A stretch of DNA of 64,000 nucleotides from an uncultured Gammaproteobacteria bacterium (lineage in GTDB: Bacteria; Patescibacteriota; Patescibacteriia; Magasanikbacterales; JBBTQS01). The stretch is taken from NCBI GenBank assembly GCA_964627055.1, contig CAZVGV010000002.1:19802-83801 (forward strand), given 5' to 3'. The notes beneath the pieces are model-generated. The model ran no database searches and had not been told where the DNA came from. It was given only the letters and a program-made list of their open reading frames with translations. Made by a program: the position numbers and the translations under genes. Below are positions 29,313 to 39,505 of this stretch, piece by piece (the first letter of the stretch is position 1; every line of letters begins with the position of its first letter).

Positions 29313-30070
29313 TGACTGGCATGTGGGCGCTTTACGCGCGCGAAGTCAAGCGCTTCCAAAAAATTCTTCTCGACACTCTCGCAAGTCCCATCATGTCCGT
29401 AGTGCTCTACCTTGGAATCTTCGGGGTTGTTGCTGCCGGACGGTTTATTGATGGCATCCCCTACATCACGTTCGTATATACAGGACTACTTGGCATGATG
29501 ATGGTCAACAGTAGTTTTTCCAATCCAGCATACGCGCTTGTCATTGCAAAAAACCTTGGAAACATCATTGACCTACAACTTGTACCTCTCAAATCCTGGC
29601 AGATCGGTCTTGCCTACACCCTTGCAGCAATGACCCGTGGAGTTTTAACCATGATCGTCGCAATTCTTGCGACCGTATGGTTCATACCTGGACTACATAT
29701 CGAACACGGATGGTACCTACTCGCAGGTATTCTCATTACCGGTCTTGAATTTGGTTCACTCGGAGTTGTATTTGGTATGTGGGCAAAGAGCTTCGAATCA
29801 CTCACCTTCGTTACAACGTTTGTCATGCAACCCATGATCTTTCTCGCGGGAGTATTCTACCCAATCGCCGACCTCCCTCATCCTTGGTCAGTAGTTAGCG
29901 CGTGGAACCCCATCCACCACACAATCAATGTGCTGCGCTACGCAGTGACGGGGTACGCAGACACTCCACCACATCAGTCACTACTGGTTATGATCAGTAT
30001 CGCCATCGCACTCTTTATCTGGATGCACCTGAGCACACAACGCGGCCTTCGACGCGTAAAGGCACAGTAA
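29309..30070 (+). CDS. ABC-2 type transporter permease
   Basis: A six-TM ABC-2 permease pattern, translationally coupled to the upstream ATPase by an ATGA overlap. Confidence 0.8.
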   Translation: MMTGMWALYAREVKRFQKILLDTLASPIMSVVLYLGIFGVVAAGRFIDGIPYITFVYTGLLGMMMVNSSFSNPAYALVIAKNLGNIIDLQLVPLKSWQIGLAYTLAAMTRGVLTMIVAILATVWFIPGLHIEHGWYLLAGILITGLEFGSLGVVFGMWAKSFESLTFVTTFVMQPMIFLAGVFYPIADLPHPWSVVSAWNPIHHTINVLRYAVTGYADTPPHQSLLVMISIAIALFIWMHLSTQRGLRRVKAQ

Positions 30071-30092
30071 GCATTGCACATAAAAAAACAAT

Positions 30093-30128
30093 CGCCTCAT
30101 AGGTGTTCTACCCGTGAGGCGTGTTTTT
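30093..30128. terminator. Bidirectional rho-independent terminator between converging genes
   Basis: A CGCCTCA-N14-TGAGGCG stem is flanked by a T-tract on both strands (aaaaaaacaat upstream, TGTTTTTGTG downstream). Confidence 0.5.
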
Positions 30129-30144
30129 GTGCGTGCGCATCATG

Positions 30145-30660
30145 TCACCCTCCTGCGGGTGTGATGACATAGGCACAACCTCCGTTTAGGAGCTGCTTAC
30201 CCGAGATGGCCCAAGTACCCTCGTAGAGTCGCCACTCTGCCGTACGCTTTCGTTCCGGATCTTGACGATTGAGGGTAATGGACAGCAACGCCACAATTCC
30301 AGTGGAAGTCGTAAGCGATCTTCCATCCCACCGCGTATTTCTTCCATACGAACGAATGTGAAAATCGCTCGCAAGGTCAATACGCAATGTGACAGAAGCA
30401 TCTGCTGCAAGCGCGACATCCTGAGAATGAAGGAGGAGGAGCCCGTGTGCGACGTGTCTCCCAAGCCACTCCTTTTGGGGTGCAACTCCCTGGGGAATTG
30501 TTGCGCGTCCGCGATCCATCGCTAACTTAGACGGCAACCGAACGCACATGTGCACCTCACAAGCGTGAACAGCAGCCGAGTCAATCTGAAGCAGTTGAAC
30601 CACCTGCGAACCAGGCATATTACATCGCCTCGGATCTACACCAACAAACTCGAGAATCAT
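30145..30660 (-). CDS. Hypothetical protein
   Basis: A 171-aa ORF with no recognisable motif. It may not be a real gene. Confidence 0.25.
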   Translation of the reverse strand: MILEFVGVDPRRCNMPGSQVVQLLQIDSAAVHACEVHMCVRLPSKLAMDRGRATIPQGVAPQKEWLGRHVAHGLLLLHSQDVALAADASVTLRIDLASDFHIRSYGRNTRWDGRSLTTSTGIVALLSITLNRQDPERKRTAEWRLYEGTWAISGKQLLNGGCAYVITPAGG

Positions 30661-30776
30661 CGTTTCCTCCGTGCTTGAGCATCATCTGTGATAGTCTAGC
30701 CCGCCTGTCCAGTACCGTCAATAATAGAAAGACCAGGCTACTGAGATGCAGCCTGGTCTTTCCTTGTAAGGATCTC

Positions 30777-33700
30777 TTAGCGCGTACCTGGGATGATGGT
30801 GTAATCAACGAAGTAGGCGTCGGGAACATCTACGACCTTCTTTGCCCAACCAGCACCATAAAGTTCAATCGCTCGAGCTTCTGTAGACACCCACTGCAAT
30901 GTTGCCTCTGCAACAATCGCATAGACCTTAGGCACGGTCGTAATCTTGATGAGATACGTGCCTGGTTTGATTGTCATATTCTTCCCGAGAGCAAATGTTG
31001 CAAGCTGAGCTGTGGTAATCGTTTTTACCTTGCTAAAGTCTTTACCGTACCAACTGCTATATACCGTCTCTGTTGGGAATGCTCGTCGTGTGCCAGTAGC
31101 ATCAATGAAGTAGACAGCGCTATTGCCAGCAACCTTCACCAGATCCCCCACGCTCAAACCAAATGGAATAATCACCCCTGGATTTGGCACTGTGTTCTGT
31201 GGAGCAGAAGGCTCTGATGGTGGCGCAGCAGGAGTAGCAGATGCCACGAGAGCAATTGTCGCTACAGCAACCTTCGATACAGAACCATCGCCATACGCGA
31301 GCTTCGCGTAGACAGTCTTCGTTCCCAATTGGCTACTGAGTTGATAGGAAAGTGTTGCAGCATACGGCTGCCAAACTCCGCCAATAAACTCTGGATTTTC
31401 ACTCAATGCTACTTCAACAGGCGAACCAGACGGTTGGAAGGCAACGGTGACCGTGGAGACACTGGTCATGGCTGCTCCTCCATTGAGACTCATCACGGGA
31501 GCAGAGGGTTGACTGCTCGTCTGCCCTGACCCGAATGCTGTTCCAGATGATGATGCAGCTGCAAGTGAAGCTGCGACAGTGGTTGTGGCTGCATCAGTGC
31601 TATCCTTGCTATCAATATACGCCACTTCCAATTCACCTGAGCTAGAGATTTCTAGAATCCCGTTCTCAGCAGCTACAGTGCCTGTGTTCTGAATTGTCAC
31701 TGAACCCAAGAAGATACCAGTAGCTACTCCAGTTTCGGTCATGGTTATTGTCTCAGCATCTCCATCATCACTGTAGACACGTATTGTGGAAAGAGTGTTC
31801 TGCGATGTTCCACTCAAATTCGCATCCAAATCTGTAACACTCACGTAGAGAGAACCATTGCTCTGATATGCAACAGCAGTAAGTTCTGATCCAGAACTAT
31901 TCGCAAAAATAAGACTTTCGTGTGGACGTTTGATAATTCCAGTTTCGGTAATTGTACCGCTATTCACGATGGTTCCAACAGATGGAACTGTCAGATACAC
32001 ACCACCACTAATGACCAACGTTGTGCCCGAAGTAACTGTCAATGTTCGCATAACTGTCGAACTCGACGTGAGCGTAAACGAAGATCCCGATGAATCAAGT
32101 GTCAAACTACCTGCATACACCGTACCGCTTGGAATGGTGCCACTCCCAGTAAATCGCACAGTACTTGTGCTCTGGAAACTGTACTGATTGGCAGCTGCAG
32201 CAATCATCTTTTCACTTCCTGTAGTTGTAATTGTGAGCGTTCCTCCATCCACTCGAACATACCCCAATGAGGTTGTCACCGAGGGACGCTCAACGGTCAA
32301 TGAATACCCAGCCGGAATGATCATGGTGCTTGATACCGCGATCTTACCTAGACTCATAGTACCCGCGCTTGCGCCGACCAACTGTTGTGTACCTGAAACC
32401 GTAGTAAGAATTGTTGTGGTGGCAGTTCCTGGCGTCCAACTCCCAGCTGCTGTCATGAGTGCATTACCTCTGAAGGAGACACCCGTAGTCCCTGATGGGA
32501 GCAAGATACTTGTTGAAGCTCCCGAAACCAGGAAATCACCCGAAACAATCATTGGCACGTTCATTGAACTGAAGTCGAGTGTACCAGTTGCAACAGTTAC
32601 ATCCACCACGTTCCAGTAGAACATGACATTCGATGGGGACGAACCCACCGACGTTGTACCTGGGAAAAGCGTTCCAGATGACTTGCGAATATGGACATCA
32701 TCGAACTGAGCTGTCGAAGAAACAAACTGGTCTCCAGTACCATCAAAAATTATGGTGTTTGTGCCTGCAGTTACACCCGTACCCCCAATTTTCTGTGTAA
32801 AGTTACCACCTACATTGAACTGACCAGTACCCCACTTGAGTGCGAGATAGGTGCCCGGTGCACACGTACCTGCTTGTGTATTATCGAGCAGCACTGTTCC
32901 ATCCGCATCGAGCTGCGCATTCTTGGTGCGAAAATCTGCAATTCCTTTTGTAACGCGCAAGTGTGTTGTACCAAGTCCACCTGAGAAGATCACTGTGTTC
33001 GCAGCACTGCACGAGCCTTCGATCAAGAATGTACCATTGAACTTGTGATCTACTGTCGAAGTCACATAGTACGTACTCGCAGTATTGGGACCAAAAGTAT
33101 ACGTTGTACTCGCAGTACTCAACGACGCACTTGCACCAATCTGAATATTGTTATCAAACGTCACTGCCCCAGTACCCAGCATCAGTCCCGCATCCGCATC
33201 GTCAGCCACTACCATCGCGCTCATCATTTGGAATGGGATATTGTTGGTCTGCATATCCAGCACTCCATTGGTTATCGTAAGCGAGCAGTAGACCGCAAGT
33301 GCATCTGTATCCACCAATACAGTATCTGTAGATCCACCAGTTGTATTGTTGATTTCTACATCACAATACCCACTCGAAGCACCGGGTCTAAATGTCTGTG
33401 CACCTGATGTACCCGCAAAAGTCAACGCGTACATGTGTGCCTCATTGAGCACCAAGGTACCCCCATTAATGAGCCAATCACCCTTAACGGTTGTTTCACT
33501 CGCCGGCAAATACGTACCCGAGTTGAGCACCAAATCATCATTGAACACCTCTGTACCACTACCAAATGTAGTTGTCACTGTTCCACCTGCGACCGTCATT
33601 GCACCATTGGCTGTCAACGTATGCGTCGCGATGTTGAATGTGCCTGCGGCAATTGTGGAAGACGCAATGGTTGCACTGGCGCCCAACGTAATTGTGCCTG

Positions 33701-33980
33701 TGTACCCAGATTCAACACGCACAACAAGGTTGCTATAACTTGAGGCAAATGTAGAATCCCAGGTTGCGTTAGATGCTGATGTGCCATTGAAAAGAATGGT
33801 ATCCCCATCTGTTGGCAGCGTATTACTGTCCCAGTTTGCAGCAGTACTCATGTTGCCGCTTCCATCCCATGTCTTAGTCGCAGCGTGGGCATTTCCTGAT
33901 GTGCTTAGCAGCAACGCGCAAAAAGCAATAATAGCACCGATTGCGCGCAATCCGTGCCCAGTTTCTGTACTCAGACTCAT
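30777..33980 (-). CDS. Giant secreted Thr/Ser/Gly-rich surface protein (about 1068 aa), likely beta-helix/adhesin-like, with a C-terminal conserved module
   Basis: The signal peptide is MSLSTETGHGLRAIGAIIAFCALLLSTSGNAHA. The body is extremely T/S/G/A-rich low-complexity sequence. The C-terminal roughly 115 aa (GTYLIKITTVPKVYAIV...VVDVPDAYFVDYT) are homologous to the N-terminus of 43758..47447. TGGTATACT lies 24 nt upstream of the ATG. Confidence 0.7.
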   Translation of the reverse strand: MSLSTETGHGLRAIGAIIAFCALLLSTSGNAHAATKTWDGSGNMSTAANWDSNTLPTDGDTILFNGTSASNATWDSTFASSYSNLVVRVESGYTGTITLGASATIASSTIAAGTFNIATHTLTANGAMTVAGGTVTTTFGSGTEVFNDDLVLNSGTYLPASETTVKGDWLINGGTLVLNEAHMYALTFAGTSGAQTFRPGASSGYCDVEINNTTGGSTDTVLVDTDALAVYCSLTITNGVLDMQTNNIPFQMMSAMVVADDADAGLMLGTGAVTFDNNIQIGASASLSTASTTYTFGPNTASTYYVTSTVDHKFNGTFLIEGSCSAANTVIFSGGLGTTHLRVTKGIADFRTKNAQLDADGTVLLDNTQAGTCAPGTYLALKWGTGQFNVGGNFTQKIGGTGVTAGTNTIIFDGTGDQFVSSTAQFDDVHIRKSSGTLFPGTTSVGSSPSNVMFYWNVVDVTVATGTLDFSSMNVPMIVSGDFLVSGASTSILLPSGTTGVSFRGNALMTAAGSWTPGTATTTILTTVSGTQQLVGASAGTMSLGKIAVSSTMIIPAGYSLTVERPSVTTSLGYVRVDGGTLTITTTGSEKMIAAAANQYSFQSTSTVRFTGSGTIPSGTVYAGSLTLDSSGSSFTLTSSSTVMRTLTVTSGTTLVISGGVYLTVPSVGTIVNSGTITETGIIKRPHESLIFANSSGSELTAVAYQSNGSLYVSVTDLDANLSGTSQNTLSTIRVYSDDGDAETITMTETGVATGIFLGSVTIQNTGTVAAENGILEISSSGELEVAYIDSKDSTDAATTTVAASLAAASSSGTAFGSGQTSSQPSAPVMSLNGGAAMTSVSTVTVAFQPSGSPVEVALSENPEFIGGVWQPYAATLSYQLSSQLGTKTVYAKLAYGDGSVSKVAVATIALVASATPAAPPSEPSAPQNTVPNPGVIIPFGLSVGDLVKVAGNSAVYFIDATGTRRAFPTETVYSSWYGKDFSKVKTITTAQLATFALGKNMTIKPGTYLIKITTVPKVYAIVAEATLQWVSTEARAIELYGAGWAKKVVDVPDAYFVDYTIIPGTR

Positions 33981-34036
33981 ACGTTTTTGATTGAATGCAT
34001 GGTACAAGTATACCACACAATCCACTCTACTACTCA

Positions 34037-35209
34037 TCACTCCCGGCTGTTTTCTGTGGATAGACCCGTCCCACGTGCATCGTGCAACAACTGTTGCATA
34101 TCTCGTGAGATAGTATTCCAATCGAATTGTTGCACATGCGCACGCGCTGCCGTGATTATGCAAGAACGAAGCACCTCATCATCACGCAATCGACTGATCG
34201 CTGTCGCAATCGAGTCTGGACTCTTTGGAACACAGAAGAGTCCTGTCTTTTCGTGTGTCACAATATCTGGGATCCCCCCCACTGGTGTTGCAACAACCGG
34301 TAGCCCAGCTGCCTGCGCCTCCAAAAATACATTGCCAAGTCCTTCAGAAAGCGAAGGTCTACAAAATACATCACCCGCATGCAAATACTGCGGAATCTCG
34401 CGGTACCCAACAGCGCCAACAAAATGAACACGATTTGCGATTGTTCCCGCCGCACGGCGCAACGATGATTCAAGTCCGCCGCTTCCTACGATGATGAGAT
34501 GCGTATCCTCTGAGAGCATCGAACAGGCTTCGATCAAATCACGAACTCCGTTCTTTTCGACCAAGCGGGATACTGTAACCACCACCCATGCATCCTCAGG
34601 AATATCCAGCTTCTTTCGCATGACGGAACGCGATGAAGATTCGGCTGCAAAGTGCGCAACATCAACGCCATTAGGAATTACCCTACAATGCGAACCGCTA
34701 TACCCCATTTTTTTCGACCACACTGCCAAGGATTCACTAATAGCATGAAGAGTCGTTGCACGACGAAAGACAGCTCGAACTAACCAAAAAAACCCACGAG
34801 ACGCACGACGAATATGCTCCTCACTGTCCCCTTCCTGCACTGACAATACAAACGGTGTGGCGGTGCGAAAACTCGCAACAATTCGAGCTGCAAGCCCACC
34901 GTAACTGGCCATAATCCCCCACAATATCGCTACATTTGTATGTCGCAATGAGACAAGTGGAGCCACAAGAGGCAAAAGCAATTTGTCGAGCATTGGAATA
35001 CCAAATCCAATGCGATGGACTTCCACACCATCAACAAGCTCAAACGTCGGCAATCCAGGACGTATGCGTGCACAGTACAGGATCCATCGATACTCTGGGA
35101 TACGCCGAGTCACTTCCTGTACCGCAATCTCCGCTCCGCCGATAAGTGGCAAATAGGCAGTGGAAAAAATCAGTACTGTTTTCTTTGCCTCCCGTGATGC
35201 GACTGACAT
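34037..35209 (-). CDS. Glycosyltransferase family 4 (GT4)
   Basis: The EGLGNVFLEAQAAGLPVVAT EX7E motif region and a GT-B fold layout are present. Confidence 0.8.
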   Translation of the reverse strand: MSVASREAKKTVLIFSTAYLPLIGGAEIAVQEVTRRIPEYRWILYCARIRPGLPTFELVDGVEVHRIGFGIPMLDKLLLPLVAPLVSLRHTNVAILWGIMASYGGLAARIVASFRTATPFVLSVQEGDSEEHIRRASRGFFWLVRAVFRRATTLHAISESLAVWSKKMGYSGSHCRVIPNGVDVAHFAAESSSRSVMRKKLDIPEDAWVVVTVSRLVEKNGVRDLIEACSMLSEDTHLIIVGSGGLESSLRRAAGTIANRVHFVGAVGYREIPQYLHAGDVFCRPSLSEGLGNVFLEAQAAGLPVVATPVGGIPDIVTHEKTGLFCVPKSPDSIATAISRLRDDEVLRSCIITAARAHVQQFDWNTISRDMQQLLHDARGTGLSTENSRE

Positions 35210-35216
35210 ATACGCG

Positions 35217-36185
35217 TTAGGAATGAGTAGAGCGACGCAATTCTTTCTTAAAATAAGCTACGGTCTGTTGCAGTCCCTCACGAAGCGGCACGGTTGGTTC
35301 CCACCCGAGCTCAGTACGTGCACGGGTAATATCAGGCTGTCGACGTTGCGGATCATCTACACGAAACTCACCTGTACACACAATCTGACTTGTGCTCTTG
35401 GTCACAGCCAAAACCTCTTCTGCTAACGCGCGTACGGTACATTCAGACGGGTTTCCCAGGTTGATTGGGCCATGCACTGCTGGGGCACTAGCCATCATAC
35501 GAACCAAACCATCTACCAGATCACGCACATAACAAAAACTGCGCGTCTGGGAACCGTCACCATCCACTCGGATAGACTCCCCCCGAAGTGCTGCAACAAT
35601 AAAGTTACTCACGACACGTCCATCGTCCACCGCCATGTCTGGTCCGTACGTGTTGAAGATGCGCACCACCTTCACGGGTGCCTGATACTGGCGAACGTAT
35701 TCGAAGCATACGGTCTCGGCAAGACGTTTCCCTTCATCATAACAAGCACGGGGACCAATAGGGTTCACGGCACCAACATACGTCTCAGCTTGAGGATGAA
35801 CTTCAGGATCTCCATAGACCTCCGACGTTGAAGTATGGAGGAACGTTGCCTGTTTTGCTTGTGCAAAGGCAAGCAACTGTCTTACACCATCAACACTCGC
35901 TGCAATAGTCTCAAATGGGCGTGCGAAGTATTGTGCTGGTGATGCTGGACACGCCAGGTTATAGATTTCGTGTACCGGCTCACTGATTTTGAGTGGTCGT
36001 ACAATATCGTGCTTCTTGAATACAAATCTCCCCGAAGCACGCAGTCCACGCAGTCGCCGTGTATCACCAGTAATCAATGAATCAACACCGATAACACGAT
36101 GTCCTTGTTCCAAAAGTGTCCGAACAAGATGAGTACCGATAAATCCTGCTGCACCTGCGACCACAATGGTTTTTTGCATAGACAC
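35217..36185 (-). CDS. NAD-dependent epimerase/dehydratase, UDP-glucuronate decarboxylase (UDP-xylose synthase)-like
   Basis: GAAGFIGTHL (Rossmann fold), ACYDEGKRLAETV (the UXS-characteristic YDEGKR) and YxxxK chemistry are present. Confidence 0.75.
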   Translation of the reverse strand: MSMQKTIVVAGAAGFIGTHLVRTLLEQGHRVIGVDSLITGDTRRLRGLRASGRFVFKKHDIVRPLKISEPVHEIYNLACPASPAQYFARPFETIAASVDGVRQLLAFAQAKQATFLHTSTSEVYGDPEVHPQAETYVGAVNPIGPRACYDEGKRLAETVCFEYVRQYQAPVKVVRIFNTYGPDMAVDDGRVVSNFIVAALRGESIRVDGDGSQTRSFCYVRDLVDGLVRMMASAPAVHGPINLGNPSECTVRALAEEVLAVTKSTSQIVCTGEFRVDDPQRRQPDITRARTELGWEPTVPLREGLQQTVAYFKKELRRSTHS

Positions 36186-36241
36186 TTGATTCTCTGTATG
36201 ATGCTAACTACACCACATTTCTTGGCAAAAGTAAACAAAAT

Positions 36242-37429
36242 ATGCGCGCCACACCTGCCAACCTTCCTCGCATCACACTAGGTCTTCTCATAACGCAGGG
36301 ACACTGGGGCGGAGCGCAGAGATATGTCTTTGATCTCGCCACTAGTCTTGCCCCTGAAATGCGAGTGATTGTTGGTGTTGGATCGCCCAACAGAGGTACG
36401 GAATTACAAGCGCGTCTTGCCGCATGGAATGCTACGCACCCCGCCACACCTATTGAAGTACAGCAACTCACACACCTCGTCCGAGAAATTGCTCCATGGC
36501 AAGACCTCCGCGCACTACGAGAGATTCGTCAGTTCGTCACTCGCAACCGTATCTCCATCTTGCACTGTAACAGTGCCAAGGCCTCAGTCATCGGGTCTCT
36601 AGCCCTCCTTGGAAGCAACGTTCGTCGTGTTATTACAATACATGGATTCACGCACACTGAACCACTTTCTACTCTACGAGCTCTGTTCTACCGGGAACTC
36701 GAACGCATCGCAACGAGATCTGTTGACCTTGTGATCTGTCCAGATGTAGCTTCCTACACGATTGCTCACGACCAATTTCATATCCCAGAAAAGAAACTGG
36801 CATGTATTCCACATACTATCGAAGAGCCGGCATTCCTCTCGCGCAAAGACGCACGCAGCGAACTCAGTCGCAGGTGTGGTGTGCCTATACCGCCGACCAC
36901 ACACGTCATCGGCTCGATCGCCAATCTGTACCACGTAAAGAATCACGCACTACTCCTCGAGAGTTTTGCAGAACTTGCACACACTGATCGAGACGCATTG
37001 TGTATCATCATCGGCGAAGGAAACGAACGCGCAGCACTTGAACGTCTGCGGGCAAGTCTAGCCTGTGCACACCGCATATTTTTTCTCGGGGCGATTGACA
37101 ATGCAGCGACACTCCTGCGTGGCTTTGATGTATTTGCTCTCACCTCCCATAAGGAAGGATATCCGTATGCGCTCTTAGAGGCCCGCGCTGCGGGAATCCC
37201 CATCGTTGCACGTGCTGTCGGTGGCTGTGCTGAAATTCTCAAGGACATAGCAACTGCGACCTGCCTCACAACTGCTCACGCCCCGGCTATAGCACAAGCG
37301 CTGCAAGCAGCATTGCAAAACACCACGTCTCCTGCCGCACACTTTTCGCGTAACCGTATGCAAGATGCGACAAAAGAACGGTATCTCGCGCTAATCACGG
37401 ATAAGCTTCTCGTAAAAGGTAACGAGTGA
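36242..37429 (+). CDS. Glycosyltransferase family 4 (GT4)
   Basis: SHKEGYPYALLEARAAGIPIVARAVGG is a GT4 EX7E region. Confidence 0.8.
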   Translation: MRATPANLPRITLGLLITQGHWGGAQRYVFDLATSLAPEMRVIVGVGSPNRGTELQARLAAWNATHPATPIEVQQLTHLVREIAPWQDLRALREIRQFVTRNRISILHCNSAKASVIGSLALLGSNVRRVITIHGFTHTEPLSTLRALFYRELERIATRSVDLVICPDVASYTIAHDQFHIPEKKLACIPHTIEEPAFLSRKDARSELSRRCGVPIPPTTHVIGSIANLYHVKNHALLLESFAELAHTDRDALCIIIGEGNERAALERLRASLACAHRIFFLGAIDNAATLLRGFDVFALTSHKEGYPYALLEARAAGIPIVARAVGGCAEILKDIATATCLTTAHAPAIAQALQAALQNTTSPAAHFSRNRMQDATKERYLALITDKLLVKGNE

Positions 37430-39496
37430 TTGATCTTGCACTCGCTTGGCCATTTCAATAGCAGTCTTTCTCGCCATTTCAGTCATAGTCTCTGGTCGAC
37501 GTGTTGTCGCGTCCTTGAACATCTTTACAGAGGAGGTGGCGTCATCAAAAGCAGTATACAACAATCCCGCTCTCCAATATGACTGCCCGATACTTGGATC
37601 AAGAGCAATCGCCTCAAGCATTGCCGCCTCTGCTGCGACCTTGTTCCGTAACACGAGGTGCGCCTGAGCTACTTCGTACAAGAGTTGCTGACGCTTCGGA
37701 GAAAGTAATCGTGCCTCCTCAAGCTGTTGGAGTGCTGCATACTGCTTCGCAGCATTATTAGTAATGATCGCTTCCTGCTGCAACAGTTGCGCACGCAAAA
37801 TCGCTATACGTAGTTCATATGGACGTTTTTGCAGCTGCTGTTCAAGATCCGCAAGTACAATAGCGTAGGTTTCGTTATACACGGCACGCGCCAACGCTGC
37901 ATTTGCGTCAGTTGATGTATTAAGGATACGAAGAAGTGCTGTTGCAAACTCACGTACAATATCATCGTCATGAGGCGAGTCATACGTCTTGGCCTGCGCA
38001 TACTGACGCATAGCCTCGCGAATATATGGCACCGAACGCTGCACATTAGGATTTGCCTGTGCCACAGAGAGATATTGCAATGCAGCAAGTGTTGCGGTAT
38101 TTGCACGAGATGTGCGGATATTTCCCTGATACAGCAGCACAACTGCGGCGACGACAAGCACGGCAACCGGCCACGAAGCAGCAACTCGCGTTGGCTGCAT
38201 ACGAGGCAACTCCACTTCACCCAACGCACTTCGTCGGTCAATATAGGCCAACAAGATGAACCAAGCGAGATACGAAGTGACGTTATCAAACACAAACAAG
38301 TTGTGTACAAAGTAGGCGATTAAAAAGAGCTGAAGCGCGAGCGATTCACCCCAGTCCTCTCGACCAATACGAACCGCACCAAGATATGCGCAGATAAATA
38401 GCGCAAAGTATGCACTAAGCCCGACAACACCCTGTGTAGTAAGTGTATTAAAAACAATATTATGCGCGTTATCAAACCAGGTTTCTGAATCACCAAACCG
38501 TAAAAACTCAGGATTGAAATGTTGATTGAACGCAAAATAAAATGTATTAAGTCCCCATCCTTGGATCGGATGATCCTTCCATGCTTGCATGGCAAGTGTC
38601 CAGGTCATAATACGCGTTCTACCAGTACCTTCTGTAAGCGACAGATGCGTCATGCGATTCAAAAACGGCTGTTGCACCACAAGCGCAGTATCGCGCGCCA
38701 CCCATAGTCCACCAAGCAGCAACAAAAACAGTGTGCATCCAATACCTGTCCACGTTCGAATACGTTTAGGGGTTTCCTTACGAAGCAACACAATAAGTAG
38801 ACCAACCACAACTGCAACCGCAACGCCGATCATCGTTCCACGGGTTTTCGTCGGCAAGATGGTAGCAAGAGCAAGAACGCCGCTGACCATCCACACAAGA
38901 CGCAAATTCTTTCCACGTTCCTTCACCCACAATAACCCAGCGATCAGTGCCAAAAAAAGCGCATATCCACTCACATAGATCGTATTTCCAAGCGTCGAAC
39001 GCACACGATCGCTCCCCTCATTAAGAAGCAAGGTTGGATTCCCTACCTGCATCCACGCGATGCACACAAAAGGAACAGACGCGACCAAAATCCAGATAAA
39101 AAGCGCTCGCCATTCTTTCCATGTCCGGAACACATGTCGCGCAACAATATATAACGCGACATAATGCAGAATAGTAAACAATCCCAACATGCGTTCGTGA
39201 TTGTCCCAAAGACTACGTCGCACATCCACGCTCCACACTGTCGAAACTATACCTGCAACAACAAACCCAAGTACCGCGTACAGCATGGTAGAGCGGCGCA
39301 ACTGCGAACGTTCACTCACATACACAGCAAGATACCATCCATAAACGAGTGTCAGGAGTGTAATAAGAATCCGCAAGTACAACACCTTCGGAACTACAAA
39401 CGGGAATACATACGAAGTCGGTGTAACAATAAGTGGTGTGATAAACGCAAGGGCGACTCCCACCTGCAACACGCGCGTCATGAATCGATGAGACAT
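37391..39496 (-). CDS. O-antigen ligase/polymerase (Wzy_C) family membrane protein fused to C-terminal TPR repeats (paralog 1 of 3)
   Basis: It has about 10-12 TM helices and a large periplasmic loop with the conserved His/Arg region typical of the Wzy_C/WaaL/PglL family, followed by a C-terminal roughly 250-aa helical TPR-like region. Confidence 0.7.
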   Translation of the reverse strand: MSHRFMTRVLQVGVALAFITPLIVTPTSYVFPFVVPKVLYLRILITLLTLVYGWYLAVYVSERSQLRRSTMLYAVLGFVVAGIVSTVWSVDVRRSLWDNHERMLGLFTILHYVALYIVARHVFRTWKEWRALFIWILVASVPFVCIAWMQVGNPTLLLNEGSDRVRSTLGNTIYVSGYALFLALIAGLLWVKERGKNLRLVWMVSGVLALATILPTKTRGTMIGVAVAVVVGLLIVLLRKETPKRIRTWTGIGCTLFLLLLGGLWVARDTALVVQQPFLNRMTHLSLTEGTGRTRIMTWTLAMQAWKDHPIQGWGLNTFYFAFNQHFNPEFLRFGDSETWFDNAHNIVFNTLTTQGVVGLSAYFALFICAYLGAVRIGREDWGESLALQLFLIAYFVHNLFVFDNVTSYLAWFILLAYIDRRSALGEVELPRMQPTRVAASWPVAVLVVAAVVLLYQGNIRTSRANTATLAALQYLSVAQANPNVQRSVPYIREAMRQYAQAKTYDSPHDDDIVREFATALLRILNTSTDANAALARAVYNETYAIVLADLEQQLQKRPYELRIAILRAQLLQQEAIITNNAAKQYAALQQLEEARLLSPKRQQLLYEVAQAHLVLRNKVAAEAAMLEAIALDPSIGQSYWRAGLLYTAFDDATSSVKMFKDATTRRPETMTEMARKTAIEMAKRVQDQSLVTFYEKLIRD

Positions 39497-39505
39497 ACCA
39501 ATATT